From Dehalococcoidia bacterium (GTDB lineage Bacteria > Chloroflexota > Dehalococcoidia > Dehalococcoidales > E44-bin46): a stretch of 51,183 nucleotides of DNA. Location of the stretch: contig JAUWIC010000071.1 of NCBI GenBank assembly GCA_030605575.1, positions 1 through 51,183 on the forward strand. The letters are read 5' to 3'. The notes under the pieces were generated by a model that did not search any database, had not been told where the DNA came from, and saw only the letters and a list, made by a program, of their open reading frames with translations. The position numbers and the translations under genes were made by a program. Positions 29,871 through 38,241 of this stretch are shown one piece after another. Each line of letters opens with the position of its first letter. The stretch's first letter is position 1.

Positions 29871-30308
29871 CTAACTCCCACCCTGAGTACGTATAACTGG
29901 TACCGGAGGTAGGTCTGGTTTTCCTTCCCGCTCATCTAGATATTTATGCAGGAATTGTTTGAATTTCTCACTACCTAAGGTATTTTCCACAATAGAAAGG
30001 AACCATCTCCACCCTTCATACTCTATGTCATCGCCAGCATCCCGGGCTTTCCACAAGCGAGGAAGAAGGTCTTCAGCCACAGTTGTTAGTGCTTGTCCCT
30101 TAATAGCTTCTGTTTCCTTCTTAGCCTTCTCTTTGAGGGCACGGTTGAGGACTCGACGATCTGTTTCCTTTTCCCACTTTTGCATCGATCTTACCGTGGG
30201 AGGATCAATATTAAACCTCTCCTTAATAGCGCGTCTAATCTCGCCCCATCCCTTTCCCTCACTCCGGCTATTAAGAGCAAATAACTTTACCTCGAAACTA
30301 AATCCCAT
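29871..30308 (-). CDS. hypothetical protein
   Basis: GGAGGTGA lies 4 nt before ATG 30308 (MGFSFEVKLF...). 145 aa, charged and helical. No family recognised. Confidence 0.6.
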   Translation of the reverse strand: MGFSFEVKLFALNSRSEGKGWGEIRRAIKERFNIDPPTVRSMQKWEKETDRRVLNRALKEKAKKETEAIKGQALTTVAEDLLPRLWKARDAGDDIEYEGWRWFLSIVENTLGSEKFKQFLHKYLDEREGKPDLPPVPVIRTQGGS

Positions 30309-30484
30309 AATTTCACCTCCATTCATATATTGTTCCGTTGCATTATAGAATTAGATATGTTATAATATGTTATTATGGCAAAATTACTGGTTATTAGCTA
30401 CGAATTTAGTATACCATAGATTTTCGTGTTTGTCAAGGGGGGGCTGTGGTAATTTTATAAAATCGAGCCTGACGGAGCCTGACA

Positions 30485-30706
30485 ATGGGGCAGAAAGATA
30501 ACTTGGACCTAACTAAACCGCTTTGCATCAGTGTCGTTGCCGCCGCGAGACTGCTCGGGGTATCCCGAAATACTGGCTACGAAATGGCGAGATTAGGGCA
30601 GCTCCCAACACTTAGATGTGGCCAGAGAAGATTAGTGGTTCCCAGAGCTGCCCTTATGAAAATGTTAGAGGAGGTAGGCGAACGACATGAAAAAAGGAAA
30701 GAGTAA
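30485..30706 (+). CDS. excisionase/AlpA-type helix-turn-helix DNA-binding protein
   Basis: ISVVAAARLLGVSRNTGYEMARLGQLPTLRCGQRRLVVPRAALMKML is the typical HTH_17/Xis pattern. Confidence 0.7.
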   Translation: MGQKDNLDLTKPLCISVVAAARLLGVSRNTGYEMARLGQLPTLRCGQRRLVVPRAALMKMLEEVGERHEKRKE

Positions 30707-31082
30707 CAAGAAGAGATCACCATCACGAGAGAAGTACGAGAAGGAAAACCCAACGGTAAGTGCCCGGTTGCCAAAGAAAACGCGTGAAAGACTCCGCATA
30801 GTCCTGGTCAAGTTGGGCATGAGTTTAGCGGATGCCCTAAAGGTCCTTGTCGGAGACCTTGAGGTCAAAACAAAACCCATTGACGAAGCAAGGCAGGAGG
30901 CCTATGACAAAGGTTGGGAAGATGGGATTGAGGCAGCCGAAGGTCTCTATGCGGTTTCATGTCCTTGTAGTAAATGTGGCAAAAAGAAAACAGTGATTGA
31001 TGAGGATGAGAAACAGGCCCTACGTAGATTCATGATGGCAAACCGATGGCATCATGCTGATTGTAATGACCTCTATAGCTAA
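30687..31082 (+). CDS. hypothetical protein, possible ribbon-helix-helix N-terminus with a Cys/His C-terminus
   Basis: VSARLPKKTRERLRIVLVKLGMSLADALKVLV is RHH-like. Also CPCSKCG...HHADC. Confidence 0.45.
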   Translation: MKKGKSNKKRSPSREKYEKENPTVSARLPKKTRERLRIVLVKLGMSLADALKVLVGDLEVKTKPIDEARQEAYDKGWEDGIEAAEGLYAVSCPCSKCGKKKTVIDEDEKQALRRFMMANRWHHADCNDLYS

Positions 31083-31119
31083 TTCTAGCTCACAATTGTG
31101 ACGATTGAAGGTTCAGGTA

Positions 31120-31824
31120 ATGAATAAAGCCTACTTAGAAGTTGGTGAGGTACAGAGATTAGAGCAGGTAGCTGACAACCTGCGAGATAAACTCCTTATC
31201 AGGCTACTGTTTCATCTCGGCTGCCGTATTTCCGAGGCTTTAGGAATCACGGTTAGTGATATTGACCTCAATGAAGCCACAGTGACTATTGAACACCTGA
31301 AGTCTCGTATTAGGCTTTCTTGCTCTAAGTGTGGTGCCAGGTTGGGGAAGAGCCACAGCTTCTGCCCCAAGTGTGGGGCTAAGGTAAAGGAGGCAGTGGC
31401 CATGGAGCGGGAGCACCGCAGGATGAGGACGCTACCTCTGGATAGGGATACTTTTGAAATGCTGAAGACTTACATTAAGCGCGGCGGTCCAGTAAATCAA
31501 AAAGGAAAGGTGCTTATCTTTGGCATCAATCGACACCGTGCCTGGCAGATTGTTAGGGAATGTGGTGAGAGAGCAGGATTGGGCAAACTAGTTAATCCCG
31601 AAACAGGCAGACTCCGTAATGTCAGTCCCCACCGGCTAAGGGATGCCTTTGCCGTCCATGCCATAAAGGTTGATGATTCTGGTGATGGGCTTAGACTCCT
31701 GCAGGAGCACCTCGGGCATGTCAGTTTTAACACTACCGCCAGATACAGAAAGGTAGCCGGCGAGGAACTGAAGGACTGGTACGACAGGCTCTGGAAGGAA
31801 GAGGTAAAGGTGGATGGACCTTAG
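31120..31824 (+). CDS. minimal tyrosine recombinase (catalytic domain only) with an inserted CxxC...CxxC zinc ribbon
   Basis: Boxes GCRISEAL (Arg), HRLRDAFAVHA (HxxR), LGHVSFNTTARYRKV (His, Tyr). Insertion CSKCGARLGKSHSFCPKCGAK. No N-terminal core-binding domain. The start is ATG 31120 or TTG 31105. Confidence 0.75.
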   Translation: MNKAYLEVGEVQRLEQVADNLRDKLLIRLLFHLGCRISEALGITVSDIDLNEATVTIEHLKSRIRLSCSKCGARLGKSHSFCPKCGAKVKEAVAMEREHRRMRTLPLDRDTFEMLKTYIKRGGPVNQKGKVLIFGINRHRAWQIVRECGERAGLGKLVNPETGRLRNVSPHRLRDAFAVHAIKVDDSGDGLRLLQEHLGHVSFNTTARYRKVAGEELKDWYDRLWKEEVKVDGP

Positions 31825-32362
31825 ACCAGCAATCGGCGGTTTTCTCCGGCCATTCGGCACTGCCTGGTTCATTATCCAGTTTCTGAAGGGTAATGCGCCA
31901 GAGGATTCGAAGCGGATAGACCCTGAAGTCGGTGCCCCAATGACAGACATTCATTACGAATATAAGAGCGCTCTCCACAGGGCGCATGCCAGGGATTCCG
32001 TAGAGAGGGAAGAGGAAAGGCAGATAATTAAAGGTCAGCCCGCCTACACTGAAGAAGAGTATGCGGCGCGATTAGAGTATTACTTGAGTCGTATCCCCTA
32101 TAAGCTGCTTAAGATGAGATATTCCAGCTTTACCCGGTATTTCGGCCATTTGAAGCGCCTTGGTTGGGTTGAAGAGACAGGCAAGACTGAGCCATCGGCA
32201 ATTCAGGATGACTATCCGCCAGCACCTCCCAGGGTGTACTATCGACTCACCGATGCCGTTAAGAAGGCATCCGCGGCTGAAATATCCGACCCAGTAATGA
32301 CTCTCTACCATTACTCCAGAGCACAGAGAAGTGCCAAAAACCGTTCATATATCAGGGCATAG
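31814..32362 (+). CDS. hypothetical protein overlapping the recombinase stop
   Basis: 182 aa with an 11-nt overlap with 31120..31824. FTRYFGHLKRLGWVEETGK...RVYYRLT may be a winged helix. No family assigned. Confidence 0.5.
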   Translation: MDLRPAIGGFLRPFGTAWFIIQFLKGNAPEDSKRIDPEVGAPMTDIHYEYKSALHRAHARDSVEREEERQIIKGQPAYTEEEYAARLEYYLSRIPYKLLKMRYSSFTRYFGHLKRLGWVEETGKTEPSAIQDDYPPAPPRVYYRLTDAVKKASAAEISDPVMTLYHYSRAQRSAKNRSYIRA

Positions 32363-32446
32363 ATAAAAAATCATTCAATGCCCGAGAACGAACCCCTAGA
32401 TTTATATTTCAGGACTTCATATTATCTCCACAATTCCCGTTCCACG

Positions 32447-32474
32447 AAAAGCCCCCTTTAAGGGGGCTTTTTAT
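32447..32474 (+). terminator. intrinsic terminator
   Basis: AAAAGCCCCC-TTTAA-GGGGGCTTTTT. Confidence 0.75.
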
Positions 32475-32709
32475 TGTCCAAGAAAAGGTCTCTTTCATAT
32501 AGGTAGGAGGGGGGAGGATGCAATTGCTTCCTCACATATAACAAAAGCCTATTTTGTTCAATAATGAAACTACAAAACAAAGCACATTAACAACTGAATA
32601 GAGCCACCAGAAGCCAAATCTGGACGCTTGCCCAGTCTGGGTAAACAAAATGCCCTAGCTAGCGGTAACTAGACTAGGGCAGGTCTAACAAAACGGAGGT
32701 TAGCCGACA

Positions 32710-33186
32710 ATGCTAGACTGGAGCAAGTATATTACAATAGCTGAAAAATTTCAACACAAAGCAAAGCGTCAGGATAGAGACGACTTGAACCACAATATAA
32801 TTGTAAGCCTTGCCAATGTCCAAATCGGGCTAGACGGTAATGGCGGGGGTCAATTATCCGAGTTAGCTATGCTACGGATTGCCTCTTACGAGTGTAAAAA
32901 GTATTGGCGAGCCGAATACCGTAACGGTAGGGTTATAAGTCTCAATACGATTATAGCTGACGGTGAAGGCAACACTACGGAGCTAATAGACACTCTAGCC
33001 GACGACAAGGCGATTGACCTAGAGGCTTGGATTGACGAAGCCACTTGGCGGTTAGGTTGCCCACAAAGGTTAGTGGACATAGCCCAAAAGAGCCTTAAGG
33101 GCATACCGCTAAACCGCAAAGAGCAAACCTATTTTAACCACTACCAAACTAGACACTTAAAAAAGTCTCAAAAAACCCTGTTTTAG
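32710..33186 (+). CDS. hypothetical protein, possibly a small sigma-70-like or late transcription regulator
   Basis: GGAGG upstream. The acidic linker ELIDTLADDKAIDLEAWIDEATW followed by PQRLVDIAQKSLKGIPLNRKEQ resembles sigma region 3/4. Weak. Confidence 0.3.
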   Translation: MLDWSKYITIAEKFQHKAKRQDRDDLNHNIIVSLANVQIGLDGNGGGQLSELAMLRIASYECKKYWRAEYRNGRVISLNTIIADGEGNTTELIDTLADDKAIDLEAWIDEATWRLGCPQRLVDIAQKSLKGIPLNRKEQTYFNHYQTRHLKKSQKTLF

Positions 33187-33387
33187 TGGCGGATTTTGCC
33201 CTCTGAAATGTCCTATATATAGTAGGGACTACTGATTATGCCAGCGGGTTGCGGATAGTCAGCTAGTTACTACTAGGCAAAGCCGATAGCCTTGCCCACT
33301 ATCGGATAGCCAAAAGGGGGTGTTCTAATAGAACAACTGAATATTGAGGGCAAGCGTTCAGGTGAAGGCTTTGTCTGCCATAGGCAG

Positions 33388-34518
33388 ATGCTGGTTAGTG
33401 CCCTGTCAAGGGCAATAGCCGATAGAGTGATGTTAATGGACATTACTCTAGGGCGTAAAGGCTTACTCGGATACCTAAAGGCTTTAGGCGGGTCAAATGT
33501 AGTCAAGGTTATACCGTCTAACGGTAGTGCTAGCGGGTCGCAGGCTACCGATAAGAGGCTTAAAGTTATCTGTGGAGCTAATACCAGCACCATAACCGAT
33601 AGCGACTGGATAGGCGACAAAACGCCTATGACGCTGTGTGAGGTTAGGGTTAGCCCGTCTAATACCGTAACGCCTAATGTCGGAGCTAGTGAGCTAGCCG
33701 AGGCACTTAATAGAGTATTACCGTTTACCTCAAAAGATGACAACCGACCAGTTTTAGCCTGTGTCAACTTTGAGGCAAAAGACGGTAAATTAACTCTGGT
33801 TAGTAGTGATGGCTTTAGGCTAGCGGTAGTTAGCCTTGACTATGCCGACGGTGAGGGTCAAACCTTGATTAACCGTGATAGCCTCAAAGGCGTTGGCAAC
33901 GCCTTGCGAAAGGCAAAGCGGGTTAGGGTCAGCTTTGAGGCTGGCGGTGAGACAATCGGTGGTATGAGCCTCATTATAGACACCGAGCTAGTCCGCTATA
34001 AGTGGCAAGGCGTCAATGGTGATTATCCCGACTACCAAAAGCTGATACCTACCGAGTTTAATACCTTTGCGTCTTTTGACACGGTAGAGGCAATCAAGGC
34101 GGTTAACTCACTCAAAGCCTTATCGGACAATCCGAAAGACTATCCTATTGACCTAACCATTGGCAATGGTAAAATAGTTATGGCTAATCCCGATAATAAG
34201 GGTCAAGCCGAGCTAGTAGCCGATACCAATGGACAAGGCAAGGTAAGGATAGACGGTAGTTATCTGGCTAGTGTCCTCAAGGCTTGTGGTGGTATGGTGG
34301 AGCTTAAGCTCACCAATGCCTACTCACCAATGCTGTTTAGCCAAAACGGTTATCAAGTGGTAGTAATGCCAATGCTAACCAATGAGGCTAATGAGCAGGC
34401 TAAAAAGGATAGAGAGGCTAAACAAGCCGAACCAGTAGCCGAGCCAGCCGAGCCTGTAGCCGATAAGCCTAAAACGGCAAAGCGTAGCCGAGCCAAAGAG
34501 CCTGTCAAAACCGTATAG
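33388..34518 (+). CDS. DNA polymerase III beta sliding-clamp homologue (island-encoded) with a charged Pro/Lys/Glu tail
   Basis: Matches to E. coli DnaN domains II-III: SSDGFRLAV (ATDGHRLAV), GDYPDYQKLIP (GRFPDYRRVLP), IDGSYLASVLKA (FNVSYVLDVLNA) and YQVVVMPMLT (YVVMPMRL). ATG 33388 has no SD. The frame is open from 33310, and AAGGGGGTG-N5-ATA at 33314-33330 suggests a start at 33328. Confidence 0.75.
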   Translation: MLVSALSRAIADRVMLMDITLGRKGLLGYLKALGGSNVVKVIPSNGSASGSQATDKRLKVICGANTSTITDSDWIGDKTPMTLCEVRVSPSNTVTPNVGASELAEALNRVLPFTSKDDNRPVLACVNFEAKDGKLTLVSSDGFRLAVVSLDYADGEGQTLINRDSLKGVGNALRKAKRVRVSFEAGGETIGGMSLIIDTELVRYKWQGVNGDYPDYQKLIPTEFNTFASFDTVEAIKAVNSLKALSDNPKDYPIDLTIGNGKIVMANPDNKGQAELVADTNGQGKVRIDGSYLASVLKACGGMVELKLTNAYSPMLFSQNGYQVVVMPMLTNEANEQAKKDREAKQAEPVAEPAEPVADKPKTAKRSRAKEPVKTV

Positions 34519-34553
34519 AACGCTATAGCCCGAAATGAACAGCCACGCAAAAG

Positions 34554-34578
34554 AGCGGGGGATGACCCCGCTTTTTTG
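34554..34578 (+). terminator. intrinsic terminator
   Basis: AGCGGGG-GATGA-CCCCGCT followed by TTTTTTGCTTTTTT. Confidence 0.8.
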
Positions 34579-34650
34579 CTTTTTTCAGGGGGTTATGCTC
34601 CCCCAGCGTGGGAGTGTAACCCCCCTTTTTTGTGGCTAGAAGGGAGAGAT

Positions 34651-34830
34651 ATGGACATAGTTTACCCGTGTAAAAACACCAGAAAGTGCTACTGGCTTTG
34701 TAGGGGGTGTCTTAAAGGGCACAGCCACCGATGTTCTCCAAAGTGTCCCGATTACCTCTCCATAGCCAAAGTCAAAAATGCTCGGAAAGGAGGTGAAATA
34801 TGGTTATCAAGTGGAGTGCGGTCAAGGTGA
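34651..34830 (+). CDS. small Cys-rich hypothetical protein
   Basis: GGGAGAG before ATG 34651. MDIVYPCKNTRKCYWLCRGCLKGHSHRCSPKCPDY has 8 Cys in 35 residues. Confidence 0.45.
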   Translation: MDIVYPCKNTRKCYWLCRGCLKGHSHRCSPKCPDYLSIAKVKNARKGGEIWLSSGVRSR

Positions 34831-35093
34831 GTGAGGCTATGGATGATGTTGAGGCTCAAATCTCACTAGCTGACCAATTCTTTGCTGAAGCTCGGAAGAA
34901 GGCTAACGAGGCTCGTAATATCCCTGACCTGCCCCAGTATATTGACCATCGCCTCATCGGTCTGGTTGAGGAGATTAACCGAATTGACCGTATCAAGGAC
35001 AGGATTGAATCTGTCCGCCGTGACATCCCTGACGGAGCGATAGAGGCGGAGCGGGAAAGCCAGAAGTATGGTAGCCAGCAGTCAATAATCTAG
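34800..35093 (+). CDS. hypothetical protein
   Basis: AAAGGAGGTGA lies 4 nt before ATG 34800. 97 aa, helical and charged. Confidence 0.6.
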   Translation: MVIKWSAVKVSEAMDDVEAQISLADQFFAEARKKANEARNIPDLPQYIDHRLIGLVEEINRIDRIKDRIESVRRDIPDGAIEAERESQKYGSQQSII

Positions 35094-35165
35094 CTGGATT
35101 AGCTTATCTAAGCGAATCCGAAGGGGTAACTATGCCCAAAATCAAGAAGAAAGGAGGTGAGACAG

Positions 35166-35321
35166 ATGACATACAAACTGATGCTCTTCGTCGCATTCAT
35201 CGGGCTGGGATTGTATTTCTTCGGATACACCCAAAACTCGGTTGCTATGCAGGTCGCCGGGGGCATCCTCACCAGCTCAATGTTTGCCGTCTATATGCTC
35301 AGGAAACTAGTAAGGAGGTGA
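35166..35321 (+). CDS. small two-TM membrane protein (51 aa), below the ORF-track cutoff
   Basis: AAGGAGGTGA lies 5 nt before ATG 35166. MTYKLMLFVAFIGLGLYFFGYTQNSVAMQVAGGILTSSMFAVYMLRKLVRR*. Preferred over the overlapping 35132..35347 ORF, which has no SD. Confidence 0.6.
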   Translation: MTYKLMLFVAFIGLGLYFFGYTQNSVAMQVAGGILTSSMFAVYMLRKLVRR

Positions 35322-35330
35322 CAACTGAAT

Positions 35331-35792
35331 ATGGCTCAATCAATTGAGAAAGGCATCTCCGACATCGTGGGTGTCTTTACCGACCCTATTATTGTCTTTC
35401 CTGGGGGCTGGGGAGACACGCTTCCCGAGTGGCTAAAGAACGCCATCACCCTGGAGAGACTGGAGATGAATATGAGGGCACTCAAAGGCGAGCAGATGAC
35501 CGGGGCGGATGCTGAAGCCTGTGCCTATCTTTACACGGCTGCCTTAACTCAGCCGATGGACCATGACTGGACTCAAATCTACCTTTACATTGCTGGCAAA
35601 ACCTACCGCCGATGGGGTAAGAATGAGATGCCCGGCGATATCGCAGTTGACTCGCTAAGGGATGACCAGCTATCGGAGCTCAACCGTCTCAAGGAGTGGC
35701 TCTACCAGAAGCGAACCCAGGCTAGACTTGACCGGGAGCGAACTGAGCGAAGGCAGAGAAAGGAGGAAGAGGCAGCCGAGAGGAAGGCCTGA
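35331..35792 (+). CDS. hypothetical protein
   Basis: 153 aa with TAAGGAGGTGA upstream. The C-terminal basic/acidic helix is RLDRERTERRQRKEEEAAERKA. Confidence 0.6.
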   Translation: MAQSIEKGISDIVGVFTDPIIVFPGGWGDTLPEWLKNAITLERLEMNMRALKGEQMTGADAEACAYLYTAALTQPMDHDWTQIYLYIAGKTYRRWGKNEMPGDIAVDSLRDDQLSELNRLKEWLYQKRTQARLDRERTERRQRKEEEAAERKA

Positions 35793-35834
35793 GCAGCCCG
35801 CATTGTTTGAGTTCTAGTGGTCGACTAAGTAATC

Positions 35835-35871
35835 AGAGGGTCGAGCCCTTCATCTCGACCCTCTTTTTTTA
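35835..35871 (+). terminator. intrinsic terminator between convergent genes
   Basis: AGAGGGTCGAG-CCCTTCAT-CTCGACCCTCT followed by TTTTTTT. Confidence 0.85.
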
Positions 35872-35919
35872 TCTCTGCGTCTGCACAAAACAAGCTTTTG
35901 TTACCCACGAGTTGGCAAG

Positions 35920-36162
35920 TCATGCCTTATCTTTATCCGAAGGACTTTGTCTGAACTTAGCCTTCAGAGCCTCGATTTCTTGTTGCCTTTGCAACTCTTC
36001 TCTAGAAAGAGGTTGACAAGATTTAAGCTGCCCAGCCTGCACTCTTATAGAGAAAAGCCCGTGGCACTTCCAACATGTGTAGGGACCTTCATAATCCGGA
36101 TTGACGAATGAGACGCGACCTTCAGTGGCACAACTGGGGCATTTTATTGTCAATACTGCCAT
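35920..36162 (-). CDS. zinc-ribbon hypothetical protein
   Basis: GGAGG upstream. CPSC...CWKC in the first 45 residues. Confidence 0.6.
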   Translation of the reverse strand: MAVLTIKCPSCATEGRVSFVNPDYEGPYTCWKCHGLFSIRVQAGQLKSCQPLSREELQRQQEIEALKAKFRQSPSDKDKA

Positions 36163-36293
36163 ACTCTAACCTCCAGGCGACGATTGAATACTATTATGTC
36201 CAGATTATAACACGTCTCTCACTGGATTGTTCATCGCCAAATCCGAGAGGTCCCAAAACAACAAAATGGACTTTTGTGATCTAGGCCACGAGC

Positions 36294-36914
36294 TTAGAAG
36301 CCGTTCTTTTTCTCCAGAAATTGATTAACTATTCCCTCCGCATGATTTTCAATAGATTCAAAGCTACGTGCAGTACCACTCAAGTATTGGATGTAGTGTA
36401 ATGCCTCATGTACTGCTGTTATGAGGTTCTCTCTACGTGAACTCCTAGAAGTGAAGGATGAATTGAGGAGGATCAAGAAGTCCGCATCCTTGTTTTGAAC
36501 CGCAAGTTTGTACATGAATACGCATTTTCCCCTCAACCTTTTTGGGGCTTGTGGTGGTCTCAGGTATGGTTCTACTACCATCATCATAGCAGCAGACTGC
36601 AAATACTCGTCCAGGCTGATCTCTTCCCCATACTCTTTCCCTATTTCCTTTCCTAAACGAAAGACCTCGTGGAGTTTCTCTCTAAGTGCATCGTTCCGTT
36701 CGAGTTCGCTCCGCTCTTCTTCCGTCGCTATAGCCTTTTTCAGCTCATCCTTTATTATCGCGGAGGATTCGTCAAGCAGTGCTCTCTCCGTCGATAGTTT
36801 TTTCCAGCTACCGTATGTTAGTGGAACAATCCGCCATTTAGCTCTAACTCCATGAATTCGTAGAGTAGACTGGACTATTTCCTTCATCTCTTTAAGTAGT
36901 ACTTCAACTGCCAT
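36294..36914 (-). CDS. hypothetical protein with a C-terminal HExxH motif (possible metallopeptidase)
   Basis: AGGTG lies 6 nt before ATG 36914. The only motif is ITAVHEALHYIQY near the C-terminus. Confidence 0.45.
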   Translation of the reverse strand: MAVEVLLKEMKEIVQSTLRIHGVRAKWRIVPLTYGSWKKLSTERALLDESSAIIKDELKKAIATEEERSELERNDALREKLHEVFRLGKEIGKEYGEEISLDEYLQSAAMMMVVEPYLRPPQAPKRLRGKCVFMYKLAVQNKDADFLILLNSSFTSRSSRRENLITAVHEALHYIQYLSGTARSFESIENHAEGIVNQFLEKKNGF

Positions 36915-37251
36915 CGTGTTCACCTATATACTGCCTGTGCCCAGAGCATATACCTAGGCGCTTTCTTCAAGCTGCCTGTTTCACTGTTATGCCGCCCTCG
37001 CGGAGGTCGGCTTCCAACCCGAGGTCCATTGAGGAAGTATAGCCGGGGAGCCTATTATAGCGCAAATGTTATCAACAATACGCCCAAATGTGCAATTCAT
37101 TCTAGCGTTGGGGAAGTTATCCAATCGTGGGTGTTCAGATGGCCTAACAAAATAAACCACAACCAACCGCTATTTACTGTTTCTATTCTATTCCTTGGGC
37201 TGAGTATGACTTTTGACCCAGAGAGGAACCCAATTTTGAGGTGCTCTGTCA

Positions 37252-37506
37252 CTATAGTGTCTCTAAGAAGGCAATGAGCTTCTTATAAAACTCTCTTTGT
37301 TCCTCATAAAATGTTTGACTTGTGGTAGTGTCCAAATTGGGTTCAGCCTGAATCTTTTTCTCAAGTTCAGCGATAATAACTTTTGCTGAGTCTTTCCCAT
37401 GCCCCCAGTCTTCTGAGAGAATATTGCGGTTATTTGAGCCACAGTTTGGGCAGGCTACATCGGTAGCTTTCAATATATGGCCACAGTCCTTACAATAAAT
37501 AATCAT
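37252..37506 (-). CDS. zinc-ribbon hypothetical protein
   Basis: AAGGAGGAGGG upstream. MIIYCKDCGHILKATDVACPNCGS. Confidence 0.65.
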   Translation of the reverse strand: MIIYCKDCGHILKATDVACPNCGSNNRNILSEDWGHGKDSAKVIIAELEKKIQAEPNLDTTTSQTFYEEQREFYKKLIAFLETL

Positions 37507-37578
37507 TTCCCTCCTCCTTACTTAACCTCCTTGCGCTACTAAGAATGGCTCCCACTTCTTCCCGCTGCCTCTGGTCCC

Positions 37579-38181
37579 TTAGACCAACCAGGTTGTGGAC
37601 GGCGGATTGTCAATGCTGATGTTCAGCTTAGTCACCATATCCTTAACGGTCTTACAGGCCCATTCGGCTTTGTCGCAGTTGAACATGTTGATTGTGCCTT
37701 CAGTCCTGCCATACTTTGTCTCCACAACATCGCCAAATTTTGGCTTCATGTGGACTAAATACTTATTGCGTATCTTCTTTAACTTTAGAAATGACTTAAA
37801 TGGCTCTTTTGTTTCACAGAAGATGCTGGTTAGCTTCCCCGCTTTCTTAGAAGCAAGGGCTTCTGACACTACTATCCATTTGGCCTTCGTGGAGCTACCT
37901 TTACACTTCTGCCAATTGCTAATGCTACGCCTATCTTTGCCGACAGTGTTGACATAGGCCTCCAGGCAAGTATATGAAAACAGGATGCTAATCATTGATT
38001 CCTCGATTTCCGCCTTCATATCCTTGTATATGTCTTTGCCTGCCACCTGCTTTGCCCGGTCTCTATGCTCTTTGGCTATCTCATACATGTACATGAACAG
38101 CTCTGTCCGCGTCTTAACTGCGACTGTCGCATTCATACCCACAGCTCCGTTACCGACTTGCACATTTCTAGTTTCTGTCAT
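37579..38181 (-). CDS. HEPN-like protein (putative RNase)
   Basis: AAGGAG upstream. All-helical 200 aa with FKSFLKLKKIRNKYLVH (R-x5-H with RN, within the HEPN Rx4-6H pattern) and an earlier LEAYVN helix. From motifs only. Confidence 0.4.
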   Translation of the reverse strand: MTETRNVQVGNGAVGMNATVAVKTRTELFMYMYEIAKEHRDRAKQVAGKDIYKDMKAEIEESMISILFSYTCLEAYVNTVGKDRRSISNWQKCKGSSTKAKWIVVSEALASKKAGKLTSIFCETKEPFKSFLKLKKIRNKYLVHMKPKFGDVVETKYGRTEGTINMFNCDKAEWACKTVKDMVTKLNISIDNPPSTTWLV

Positions 38182-38241
38182 TTCTTCACTCCTTCTTGGT
38201 AGGGCTAGAGCTGCCCTTACTTCTTTTGCTCATCGGCCTAT

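Noticed and set aside
33273-33767. 164-aa minus-strand ORF
   Set aside because: It is antisense to the 5' third of the ORF-track DnaN-like reading frame (the divergent N-terminal part), has no SD and gives a Ser/Leu/Thr-rich low-complexity translation.
35132-35347. 71-aa ORF from the ORF track
   Set aside because: It has no SD. The overlapping 51-codon ORF in another frame (35166..35321) has a strong SD and a coherent two-TM sequence.
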